From IMG/VR virus record IMGVR_UViG_3300005458_000017: a DNA stretch of 20,000 bases; one strand, written 5' to 3'. Under the pieces are notes generated by a model. That model ran no database searches. It had not been told where the DNA came from and was given only the letters and a program-made list of their open reading frames with translations. The DNA comes from an uncultured virus (IMG/VR IMGVR_UViG_3300005458_000017). Taxonomy: Duplodnaviria; Heunggongvirae; Uroviricota; Caudoviricetes. This document shows, piece by piece, positions 8,817 to 16,335 of this stretch (positions within the stretch are counted from its first letter, which is position 1; every line of letters begins with the position of its first letter). Both the position numbers and the translations under genes were made by a program.

Positions 8817-9941
8817 CTAGGCGGCTTCTCGGCGCGTGTCGGCGAAGTCCTGCCACGACACCCACGGCTTCTCTTCAGCGAGCGGCGTGAGTTGTTTCTC
8901 AAGGTAGACCTGCCAGTGCGCAGTCAGTCCATGTTCCGGATGGGTAAACCAAAGCGCCTGTGACGGTCGCGAATAGGGGGCGCGCAGCACGAGATGGGCG
9001 AACTCGTCGTATCCTTTGAGACTATTGTTGACGATGAGTCCCGGCAGGGTGATGTACTGGTGCCAGTGCCCAATGAGGAGCGTGTCGAAATCGCGACCGA
9101 TCTGAGCCTCAGACCGGTGTGTCTTGAGAGTGCCGCGCATGATCGGACCCAAAGCGCCGATAATCCCATCGCCACCCTTAGTACCAAGACTGTCACCATG
9201 AGTAAGAAGATAGCGATGACCAAAAATATTGAAAGCGCAGTCAGCAGTTTCGGGTATTGAGAACTGGACATGCTTGCTCCTTCGGAAGTGGCGGGCGACA
9301 CCGCAATAGACATTCCACTCGTGGGAGGTGAACACGCGCTCTTTCATCTGCATCTTCTTGGTGGAGCGACCGTGGTTGCCGACGACGCACGGCACAAAGA
9401 GTTTGCCGAAGCTGGTCGCCATCATTTCGAGGGCACCCGAAATCAGATCAATCAAGTCCTCGATCGCTTGCTGCGTGGTGCGATCATTGGTCTTCATCAG
9501 TTCCTCGTGAATATCACCGCCAAGCATGTCGCCGCCAAGAGCCACAATACAGCCGGGATATGTGATCTTCGCTCGACCCATGTGGTTAAACGCGAGATCG
9601 ACGGTTGTCTCCGCGAGACACTTAATCCGGCGTCTGGCGACGGTCTTGTCGTAGGTGTTGATGCCAGGCATTCGGACAACTTCCGAGTAGTGCCAGTCGC
9701 TCCAGATCGTCGCAGGTACGCCTCTGGCTCCCGCCCGGCCCTCACGTACCGTCCATTCCGGGGGTTCCGGATCATAGGCGGCGATCTTGTAGATGTTCTC
9801 GCGGACGGTCTTGGCATCGTCCTGTTCCTTGGTGAGTTGCTCGATCAGCTTGCGCGCCGCAAGAATCTCCGCGTTCTTCTTCTTGATGATATCAGTCGCG
9901 TCACGAAGCTGATCGTCGACGGTTTTCAAAGGTACTGCCAT
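8817..9941 (-). CDS. Calcineurin-like metallophosphoesterase with N-terminal coiled coil
   Basis: All five metal-binding motifs: SDWH, GDMLGG, GNHG, HGD, GHWH. RBS GGAG before ATG 9941. Confidence 0.88.
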   Translation of the reverse strand: MAVPLKTVDDQLRDATDIIKKKNAEILAARKLIEQLTKEQDDAKTVRENIYKIAAYDPEPPEWTVREGRAGARGVPATIWSDWHYSEVVRMPGINTYDKTVARRRIKCLAETTVDLAFNHMGRAKITYPGCIVALGGDMLGGDIHEELMKTNDRTTQQAIEDLIDLISGALEMMATSFGKLFVPCVVGNHGRSTKKMQMKERVFTSHEWNVYCGVARHFRRSKHVQFSIPETADCAFNIFGHRYLLTHGDSLGTKGGDGIIGALGPIMRGTLKTHRSEAQIGRDFDTLLIGHWHQYITLPGLIVNNSLKGYDEFAHLVLRAPYSRPSQALWFTHPEHGLTAHWQVYLEKQLTPLAEEKPWVSWQDFADTRREAA

Positions 9942-10003
9942 TTCTAAATCTCCAGGCGCGCTCACGCCCTTTTACCGAATGTTCGTAACGCAACCTTGTC
10001 TCT

Positions 10004-10783
10004 TTACCCCGAGGAGTGCTTTTCGCCCGCAACCTTCTCGCGCGTCCCTTCGGTGATGAGTCGAAACGACGTTGTCCCTCCCGCCACTTCGCCGTCTGGC
10101 GAAATCGTCTGGCCGGCTCCATCCCCCGAGGAGTTAGCTGAAAGCGGCTTTGCGCCACCCGACGTTGAATTTTCCGGCGTAATATCTTTATGTCCAACGA
10201 CGAGCTTCTCGTCTGCGCCAAGATTGATAGTAATCGTAAATTTTTCGCCGGGGCTGCCACCGGCCACGTCTCGCTCGCCGACACCAGCAACCTTAGCAAT
10301 GAGCTTAGCCGCCTCGACCACGCCGGGGAGCCCTTCGCTCGCGTTGCCCATTCGGGTAAGCAGTAGTGGAAGCTTATCTTCGAAACCGGCGGCAGCAAGC
10401 AGCTTGATGCGGTCCTGCGTGTTGCCGGCCGCGTTCCACTCGATGGTCGCGTGGTGCAGCGCCTGCTTGAAGAACTCGTGGTGTTCGACGAGGAAATCGA
10501 ATTGCGTCCGGTTGATTTTATAATCCGCAAGTATGTCATGGGTCTCCCGGATATTCTGCGCGATCTCCCGCGCCATCCGCGCCAGCAGGTGAACCGTGAG
10601 TTCTTTCGGAAGCTGCACCAGCGCTTTTGCCGCCTGCACACCGGCCGGCGTGAGACCCGTTTGCGTGGGCTCTACGTGGTCTTCAGGAATTACCGCCGCG
10701 GTAATTTCTTCCGCCGGCGGCTTCCACACCGCATCCGGATTGGTGATTAGGGCTTCAAAGCCAGTATCGACAAGCTCGTCCAT
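10004..10783 (-). CDS. Putative terminase small subunit
   Basis: Upstream of TerL; helical core plus C-terminal KFTITINLG strand typical of TerS; TGATG coupling at 10783. Function inferred. Confidence 0.55.
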   Translation of the reverse strand: MDELVDTGFEALITNPDAVWKPPAEEITAAVIPEDHVEPTQTGLTPAGVQAAKALVQLPKELTVHLLARMAREIAQNIRETHDILADYKINRTQFDFLVEHHEFFKQALHHATIEWNAAGNTQDRIKLLAAAGFEDKLPLLLTRMGNASEGLPGVVEAAKLIAKVAGVGERDVAGGSPGEKFTITINLGADEKLVVGHKDITPENSTSGGAKPLSANSSGDGAGQTISPDGEVAGGTTSFRLITEGTREKVAGEKHSSG

Positions 10784-11148
10784 CAGTGAATCGCATCGTC
10801 CGACCACGGGCACTCCTGGAGGCGGCGCGCGTGGTTGGCGGCGCCGGCAGAGTAGTGCTCCACCAGGTGGGTGACGTTATCCATCGTTCGTTTAAGTATC
10901 GCGGCGTCAAGTTCTCCGCGGCCGAGCAACCCCTGAATGTTGACGATAACCCTGTACTGCGAAGCGTAGGAGTGCAGCGCCAGCGCTACATGCGCGATCC
11001 CCATAAATTCGCTGCGTGTGGTCTTGCGATCGTATGCGTCGATCAAGAGCATCGTCGCGCCGTACACGAGACGCGTCACGGCGTCCGGCGCGGGCTTAGT
11101 CTCGACCAGGTCGGCGATCAATGCTTCATCGAGAACCGGATCGGCCAT
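10783..11148 (-). CDS. Hypothetical protein
   Basis: TGATG-coupled at both ends. Confidence 0.7.
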   Translation of the reverse strand: MADPVLDEALIADLVETKPAPDAVTRLVYGATMLLIDAYDRKTTRSEFMGIAHVALALHSYASQYRVIVNIQGLLGRGELDAAILKRTMDNVTHLVEHYSAGAANHARRLQECPWSDDAIH

Positions 11149-11753
11149 CACGCCGCCTCGGCAAGGGGAGCTACGTCCACACCCCCGTCGGGGTACATCA
11201 CGTGGCTCGTCAACGCGTGGACAGCACGGTCACGCTCGGCCGGTTCCATGCGATATCCGATACCCCAGATCGTTTTGATCTTGACGTCGAACGGCGTCAG
11301 CTTGCGGCGCAGGTGACAAATAATGACATCGACCATCTTGAGGTCGGTCTCGTCGCGGTTGGGGTCGCGAAGCGTTTCGATAACCTGATGAAGCTGCTCC
11401 TTGGTGACTTCGGACCGCTTGAGCAGAACCGCGAGGATCGACGATTGCAGGCGGGTGGTCTTGAAGACGATCGAGCAAAGGAATTTCAGTTTCTCGTCGT
11501 CTTCTAGCACATTGTGCTGTGGAAGTGCTCGTTTCGCGCGGCCCGATCCGGGCGGCCAATCATCCTTCGGTATCTCGGTGATCGTGCCACGGTGCATCGC
11601 GTCGTGGAGAATTTCATATACTTCGTCGCCGGGAATTTTGCAGGCCCGGGCGATCGCACGAACCGGTATTCCTTCATCTGCCAGTCGTACAACAACCTTC
11701 CTGGTGTCAGCGTTTGTTGGAGTTTCTAGGGGGACAACAACGGGTGATGACAT
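11148..11753 (-). CDS. Transcriptional regulator: N-terminal HTH + CtrA-like OmpR/PhoB winged-helix domain, no receiver domain
   Basis: C-terminal ETDLKMVDVIICHLRRKL...IKTIWGIGY resembles CtrA EPELKIIDVFICKLRKKL...IETVWGRGY (recalled). N-terminal LADEGIPVRAIARACKIPGDEVYEIL is HTH-like. RBS AGGAG. Confidence 0.85.
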   Translation of the reverse strand: MSSPVVVPLETPTNADTRKVVVRLADEGIPVRAIARACKIPGDEVYEILHDAMHRGTITEIPKDDWPPGSGRAKRALPQHNVLEDDEKLKFLCSIVFKTTRLQSSILAVLLKRSEVTKEQLHQVIETLRDPNRDETDLKMVDVIICHLRRKLTPFDVKIKTIWGIGYRMEPAERDRAVHALTSHVMYPDGGVDVAPLAEAA

Positions 11754-11961
11754 TGTATCTCCTGAATGTGCTGCGCGTAGAGAGCAAGAAAAACTTTACA
11801 TCTAACGTTTTGTTTTTCAACGCAACAACGTGTGATTGTATCAATCCTGCACACTTGACCAGAAAAGTTAGTGGGCTCGCCACCTTCTCACCCCCAACGG
11901 TGGCGTTCGTGCAGACGCCATGAAGAAAGGGCGAGCCCATGACCGAACCTAGGAAGATGTC

Positions 11962-11976
11962 TTAAAGAATCGCTAA
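11962..11976. promoter_or_regulatory. CtrA-type box TTAA-N7-CTAA (7/8 match)
   Basis: TTAAagaatcgCTAA, about 210 bp upstream of the CtrA-like gene. Confidence 0.5.
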
Positions 11977-12004
11977 AGGCCTCGCAGCATTACCCGCGAG
12001 GCCT
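11975..12004 (-). terminator. GC-rich hairpin, possible intrinsic terminator
   Basis: Inverted repeat AGGCCTCGC (11977-11985) / GCGAGGCCT (11996-12004); only a short U tract on the minus strand. Confidence 0.45.
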
Positions 12005-12101
12005 CTACGCGTCGTCTTGTCGAGGAGTATTACGCGGCGGCGTCCTCGCTCGATACGGAGAGTGCGAAAGCGGAAGCCGCGGTAGCTCCGGCGCCGGTGA
12101 C

Positions 12102-12332
12102 TCAAGCCGCCGCATCGACCGCCGCCTGTGCAGTCGGGTCGGCGTGCGCAGCGAGCAGAGCTTCGGACGCTGCTACACTGCGAGCGACAGAAGCATTGAG
12201 TTTGGTCAGATCGAGTGCCATGAGATGTTGTCCTTTCAGGATATGCAGCAGCAAGTTTTTGTCGTCGTGCAGATGGTGACCGGCGGCAAGCCCAGCCAAC
12301 AGCAATTTGGTCGTCTCTATCCATTCGAGCAT
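12102..12332 (-). CDS. Hypothetical protein (76 aa)
   Basis: RBS AAGGA; co-oriented with neighbours. Confidence 0.55.
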   Translation of the reverse strand: MLEWIETTKLLLAGLAAGHHLHDDKNLLLHILKGQHLMALDLTKLNASVARSVAASEALLAAHADPTAQAAVDAAA

Positions 12333-12355
12333 GGTGAGCAGTCCTTATTTTTTGA

Positions 12356-12691
12356 TTATGCGGCAAGCGGGAGTTCCATCTTGCCGGCAGAAGGCGGTGT
12401 CGGTTCGCTGCCGGTGATGGCATCGATCGCGACCTGCACGCGGGCCCATCGTCCCAGCATCCGCGTGAGGCTGGCTGACGTTCTCTCGACCACGAACAGG
12501 TCGTAGGCCTCCTGAAGTTCGTCGATGCGTTCGCGCAATATATCGACTCGCGCACCGGCCGGTTGACTGCGAAGTATCTCGCGAGCTTCCTTGAAGAAGC
12601 TCATTGTTTGTTTTGGAGTGTGATGCTCAACAACCATCAAGTTCCCCCTGTTCCAGGTATTTTTCTGTTGTCCACCGGACATAACGTACAC
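12356..12691 (-). CDS. Hypothetical helical protein (start uncertain: 12691, 12637 or 12604)
   Basis: GGAGG before GTG 12691; amphipathic helices. Confidence 0.6.
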   Translation of the reverse strand: MYVMSGGQQKNTWNRGNLMVVEHHTPKQTMSFFKEAREILRSQPAGARVDILRERIDELQEAYDLFVVERTSASLTRMLGRWARVQVAIDAITGSEPTPPSAGKMELPLAA

Positions 12692-12777
12692 TCAACCTCC
12701 CATTGCCCGAGTAAATTTTACCGCTGCAAAACGAATTGAACTTTTCGTTTTGGTAATGACAACCGGAGATAGCGGTT

Positions 12778-12972
12778 TCACGCGGCTTCATCCTGTTGCT
12801 CGGCCAAAACCGACGCAGCAAGCCGGCCGGTATGTGAGCGCCCGATTATTTTATCGAGGCGAATCCGTGGGGTTTTCAGTGTCGGCACGGGTGTGCAGTT
12901 TTGGTCGCACAGGCCCACCGCCGTCAGCGGGTATCCGCACTTGTTGCAGTGAAGCGGATCAGACTTTCTCAT
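12778..12972 (-). CDS. Small zinc-finger protein
   Basis: CNKC...CDQNC; RBS GGAGGA. Confidence 0.65.
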   Translation of the reverse strand: MRKSDPLHCNKCGYPLTAVGLCDQNCTPVPTLKTPRIRLDKIIGRSHTGRLAASVLAEQQDEAA

Positions 12973-13034
12973 AGTGTTCCTCCAAAAATCACGATGGGAT
13001 CACGATGGCCCGGCGGGAACATAGCGCGATCAAA

Positions 13035-13055
13035 TCGCACGGATTTCGCACGTAT
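13035..13055. repeat. Integrase arm-type site pair (TCGCACGGAT-TTCGCACGTAT)
   Basis: 11-bp-period tandem repeat, same unit and orientation as 13241-13262 on the other side of the core. Confidence 0.75.
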
Positions 13056-13143
13056 CGGACGCGCATGTTTCCGTATCGTTCTGCCGATACCTGCCGGGTG
13101 AGGGTTTGGAGCCTTAGCGGAAAACCCTGAAAAATAAGGGCTT

Positions 13144-13545
13144 TCATGGTGGACGCACAAGGGATCGAACCTTGGACCTCTCCCGTGTGAAGGGACGACT
13201 TGCATTTGATACCCCTATGTTTTTTTTCTGTGTGGGTGCGTTTCGCACGGATTTCGCACGGATTTGAAAGTCCTCCACCGTATCGTCGCCGATGTAGATC
13301 GTGGGCTCAGTGCCAAAGTCCAGTCCGATTACGCTATACGCCGGCGCGCCGGTGCCGGGGATCGGATCGGAGACGAACTGGTTGGCGACATCGAAAGAGG
13401 TGTGCCCCAGGAAGGTGCAGGCGAACCAATGCTGGAGCGGCGCCAGTATTCGTTTCCACCTTGGCACCTTGCAGGGGAAGGCTGGACCGCAGAGCAGGTC
13501 CTCTTTCCAAGTCAGGTCCACGATGCCGTCGCGAGCAATCTTCAT
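13144..13545 (-). CDS. Hypothetical protein reading through attP
   Basis: ATGA overlap with the integrase stop; frame stays open across arm sites and core and ends CCA-TGA. Confidence 0.45.
   Translation of the reverse strand: MKIARDGIVDLTWKEDLLCGPAFPCKVPRWKRILAPLQHWFACTFLGHTSFDVANQFVSDPIPGTGAPAYSVIGLDFGTEPTIYIGDDTVEDFQIRAKSVRNAPTQKKNIGVSNASRPFTRERSKVRSLVRPP
13147..13195 (-). other. attP core: 3' half of tRNA-Val(CAC), not a complete tRNA
   Basis: Minus strand TCCCTTCACACGGGAGAGGTCCAAGGTTCGATCCCTTGTGCGTCCACCA gives the anticodon arm (CAC at 13189-13187), T arm and CCA end. No D arm or 5' acceptor strand upstream. Lies next to the integrase and is flanked by arm repeats. Confidence 0.9.
13241..13262. 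repeat. Integrase arm-type site pair (TTTCGCACGGA x2)
   Basis: Perfect 11-bp tandem repeat 45 bp from the core. Confidence 0.8.
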
Positions 13546-14669
13546 CTGCGCAGTCCTCTCGGTAGTTTCACTCTCGGCAGTAGATCAGCTTGCCGCGCCT
13601 CGTAGCTCGCAACCGTGTGCGCGTAGCGCGAAGCGCTCTCGGCATTCTTCCACCGCTTGGTGCGCACCAACCCTTCCGTGTCGAGCCCGCCGTAGCGCGT
13701 CATCCAGGTGCCGTAGGTGTGACAGAAGATATGGAAGCCGCCTTCGCGCGCGGGGAAGGACAAGCCGGTCCGCTTCATGGCGTCCGCCAGCATGTCGCGA
13801 AGGTGGCCGCCCGGATGAAAACGAAACAGCCGCGCAGCGGGATCACGCTTCAGCCACGGCTTGCCGGCGTCATCTTGGGGACGGTGGCCCACGCTCTCGG
13901 GCCGAGGAGGCTGCGCCCGGAACGCTTCAACCAGCACGGGGGGTAAGTGCACGGGTCGCGGCTCGCCGTTCTTGGTGTCAGGGATGTAGAGGATCGGCGC
14001 CGGGTTACCGTGACGGTCACAAGTATCCAGCTTGAGGTCGCGAACATGTGACTTCAGCGGTTCGCTCAACCGTTCGCCGGTGTAGAGATACGTCATGCAC
14101 AGGAGTCCGAACTCGGCATCGATGTGGTAACAGTTCTCGATCAACGGACGCGCCTGCTCCGGCTCCAGCCAGCTTTGCGATTTTTTACCGCGCCATCCTA
14201 CAGGCCGCTTGATCTCCATCGTGTTGCCGGCGCGCTTCAGGACGGCAGAGACGGGCGTGTAGAAATTGCGGTTTTTAGTCGCCGCGGGAGCGTCAGGCAT
14301 GATCGCGTTGGCGCAGTTGTCGATCATGATCTGGTCGATCTCCTTGACCAGCTTGTCCCGCAGCGCGAACTCGCCTTCGAGTTCGATAACTGCGCCGAGG
14401 TACTGCCCGTCGCCGCCGGCGCGGAGGTATGCAAGTGTCGCTTCTGCGAACGTGGGTGCACGCTTTACTTCCTTGTCGCTTGGCTCAGCGCTGGGGCTGC
14501 TTGCATACTCACCACGTTCGATGGCGCGCTCCCAGGTGGTGATAACACCGCGCGCTTTTTGCTTGTCAGTATGCTTCGTAGAGCGGTCAACGTAGACTCC
14601 CCGGTGGGTGCCGCGCCCGCGGTAGTACGGATTCCTTTTGGGGTCCGGCGGAATGAGTTTAATCGACAT
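13542..14669 (-). CDS. int: Tyrosine recombinase/integrase with atypical HxxC in place of HxxR
   Basis: YTGERLSE (Arg I), TKNG (Lys), FHIFCHT, RWKN...RYAH (Trp, catalytic Tyr); RBS GAGGA; adjacent attP. Confidence 0.92.
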   Translation of the reverse strand: MSIKLIPPDPKRNPYYRGRGTHRGVYVDRSTKHTDKQKARGVITTWERAIERGEYASSPSAEPSDKEVKRAPTFAEATLAYLRAGGDGQYLGAVIELEGEFALRDKLVKEIDQIMIDNCANAIMPDAPAATKNRNFYTPVSAVLKRAGNTMEIKRPVGWRGKKSQSWLEPEQARPLIENCYHIDAEFGLLCMTYLYTGERLSEPLKSHVRDLKLDTCDRHGNPAPILYIPDTKNGEPRPVHLPPVLVEAFRAQPPRPESVGHRPQDDAGKPWLKRDPAARLFRFHPGGHLRDMLADAMKRTGLSFPAREGGFHIFCHTYGTWMTRYGGLDTEGLVRTKRWKNAESASRYAHTVASYEARQADLLPRVKLPRGLRR

Positions 14670-14860
14670 CGTTCTTCCTCTCTTGCAGCGGCACGGATAC
14701 GAGAAAGGTCATTATCGTCGAATGTTTTTGCCCTGCCAAGCGGCGCGTAATACGGGAGACCATTCTGGTCGACCGGATGGATCGCCAACCAAGCTTGCAG
14801 CCAGCGGCGCGACTTGCGCAATTCCGCGGCGGCTTCTTCTATGGTGAGAACTCGGGTCAC
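14465..14860 (-). CDS. Excisionase-like HTH protein whose C-terminus overlaps int
   Basis: N-terminal LTIEEAAAELRKSRRWL is Xis/HTH_17-like; GTGA-coupled to the upstream gene; directly upstream of int. Confidence 0.78.
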   Translation of the reverse strand: MTRVLTIEEAAAELRKSRRWLQAWLAIHPVDQNGLPYYAPLGRAKTFDDNDLSRIRAAAREEERCRLNSFRRTPKGIRTTAGAAPTGESTLTALRSILTSKKRAVLSPPGSAPSNVVSMQAAPALSQATRK

Positions 14861-15120
14861 GCTGCCGGAGGCCCTACCGTAACGACTTCGTCGGCGTTGA
14901 TATGCATCCGGTGCAGTAGCCGGGAAACGGCGCCGATCAAGGTGACAATTTTATCCGTGGCGCTGCTTTGGCTTTGCGAAGCGCCACTTGGTTCGAGTCC
15001 GACCACTGCGACAGCGATGATTTCGCCAGACTTTGCCATCCGGAGAAAATCCTCCAAGATCGCGACGGTGTCTTCGTTGTGCTGCTGCGCACGGGTAACC
15101 AGGCGAATCGGGATATTCAT
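14857..15120 (-). CDS. Hypothetical phage protein (87 aa)
   Basis: Start reassigned to ATG 15120 (ATGA overlap with the upstream mini-gene); MNIPIRL...LEDFLRMAKSGEIIAVAVV. Confidence 0.7.
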   Translation of the reverse strand: MNIPIRLVTRAQQHNEDTVAILEDFLRMAKSGEIIAVAVVGLEPSGASQSQSSATDKIVTLIGAVSRLLHRMHINADEVVTVGPPAA

Positions 15121-15209
15121 AGAAGGTCCGGAGGGTCGATGATCAGGGCGGCAGCGATGCCAGCGAAGGTGACTACGAAGGTCAGCCAGATGATCGTTGC
15201 TGGTTCCAC
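15117..15209 (-). CDS. 30-aa single-TM peptide MEPATIIWLTFVVTFAGIAAALIIDPPDLL
   Basis: Below the ORF-track cutoff. RBS GGAG 7 nt before GTG, ATGA coupling to the next gene, clean TM segment. Confidence 0.65.
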   Translation of the reverse strand: MEPATIIWLTFVVTFAGIAAALIIDPPDLL

Positions 15210-15378
15210 TGCGATGCTCCGTGGGGTGGTTGGGGCGTCTCACCTTTACATCCGAAGCGAGACGCCCCGGTCTTCTGAAGGCTTCTAATTGGTTCGCGGC
15301 ACCCGTTGAGGCGGGTCGAAAGGACAGGTAAGTCGCTTGCCAGATTTCCACCTTGAGTAAGGTTTCGTTTGCGCCGAG

Positions 15379-15393
15379 CTAAAAATTTATTAA
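15379..15393. promoter_or_regulatory. CtrA-type box CTAA-N7-TTAA (7/8 match) in a divergent promoter region
   Basis: CTAAaaatttaTTAA, followed in register by N7-TTGG. Confidence 0.55.
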
Positions 15394-15432
15394 TCGCTTT
15401 TTGGTAGCGTCAGATTTTCAAAGGAGAGCGAG

Positions 15433-15639
15433 ATGGCACGATCATTAAATTTGATTCTAATAGCGAGCTTCGTCGGTGGCGTTCTGGTGGGGTTGATGCT
15501 TGGCGTCGGTACCGTCAGTTGGGCGTCGAATGTGCTCGGGACCGGGACACTGACGGGCTGGTCAGTGACCAAGGACGGCGAGGAAGTCTGTTCCGATCCG
15601 GATGTCGACACCGCGTCGAAGGAAATTGAGTGTGACTAG
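15433..15639 (+). CDS. Small exported or membrane-anchored protein
   Basis: RBS AAGGAG; N-terminal hydrophobic segment; acidic C-terminal domain with two Cys. Confidence 0.7.
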   Translation: MARSLNLILIASFVGGVLVGLMLGVGTVSWASNVLGTGTLTGWSVTKDGEEVCSDPDVDTASKEIECD

Positions 15640-16310
15640 GCGGCCATCCGCCATTCGATATTAGTTACGAACAGCGGTCCCCATTGCGCTGCGATCGCGT
15701 GCGCTAAACCGGGCTCGGTCTCGCTGCGCTTTTCCTCACGGTCCGGACCCGGCGGCATCAGCCAACACTTTTGGGTGATCTTCGGGTAGTCGGATTTTTT
15801 GTGGGTCGCGACCAAAGGCGGCAGATTATATAACCAAAGCCCGGTGGCTTTGGAGAACGGGTCACCGAACCACCATGGCTGAACGTACTGTGGTTTGGGC
15901 TCATACCCTATCAGCGCGCGCGCGTGACGGTGCATGATCGGGTTCTCGATCATACGCCGCGGGATATGAACAGCGTCGCGGAACAGATTGAAGAACTGCG
16001 CGCCAGCATGCATCTTGAACCACCGGTCCAGATCGCGTCCGTTCTCGACGGCCCACTTTCCGTTAATACGTCTGTAGAGGTGTTTGGCCCCCGCATTGGT
16101 CAAGTAGCGGCAAACCGGGTGTGCAATCAGCCCGGTCCAGTGTCGTGAGTGCAGGATATCACGAACGTCGCCGCAATAGTGTGGCCCCGGCCGGCGTGTC
16201 GGTTCCAGATCACACGAGATTGCTCTAACGCCGACGGCGGTGAGTGCGTCACGAATTATACCGCTCCGCTCGCACGCTATGAGAACGTCGTAGTCTTCAA
16301 TACGAATCAT
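15636..16310 (-). CDS. Phage DNA cytosine methyltransferase-like protein
   Basis: VLIACERSG (motif I-like), SCDL, GDV, IAHPVCRYL (motif IV-like), IENP, QPWWFG...KATGLWL, typical of the short phage Dcm-like family. Alternative start GTG 16334. Confidence 0.8.
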   Translation of the reverse strand: MIRIEDYDVLIACERSGIIRDALTAVGVRAISCDLEPTRRPGPHYCGDVRDILHSRHWTGLIAHPVCRYLTNAGAKHLYRRINGKWAVENGRDLDRWFKMHAGAQFFNLFRDAVHIPRRMIENPIMHRHARALIGYEPKPQYVQPWWFGDPFSKATGLWLYNLPPLVATHKKSDYPKITQKCWLMPPGPDREEKRSETEPGLAHAIAAQWGPLFVTNIEWRMAA

Positions 16311-16335
16311 GCGTACGGACTGCGACGGTTTCACC

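Noticed and set aside
11707..11940. ORFs 11707-11940 (-) and 11714-11923 (+)
   Set aside because: No convincing protein features; they overlap the AT-rich upstream region of the CtrA-like gene.
12969..13205. 78-aa ORF across the att core
   Set aside because: Translation of tRNA and arm-site DNA with no RBS or protein-like features.
13199..13211. IHF site in attP
   Set aside because: Minus-strand TATCAAATGCAAG lacks the TTR element; plausible but unsupported.
13147..13222. Complete tRNA-Val gene
   Set aside because: Similarity stops at the anticodon stem; there is no D arm or 5' acceptor strand, so it is an att core.
14857..15351. 164-aa version of the ORF from the track
   Set aside because: The upstream part is better explained by a structured leader and a 30-aa peptide in another frame; start moved to 15120.
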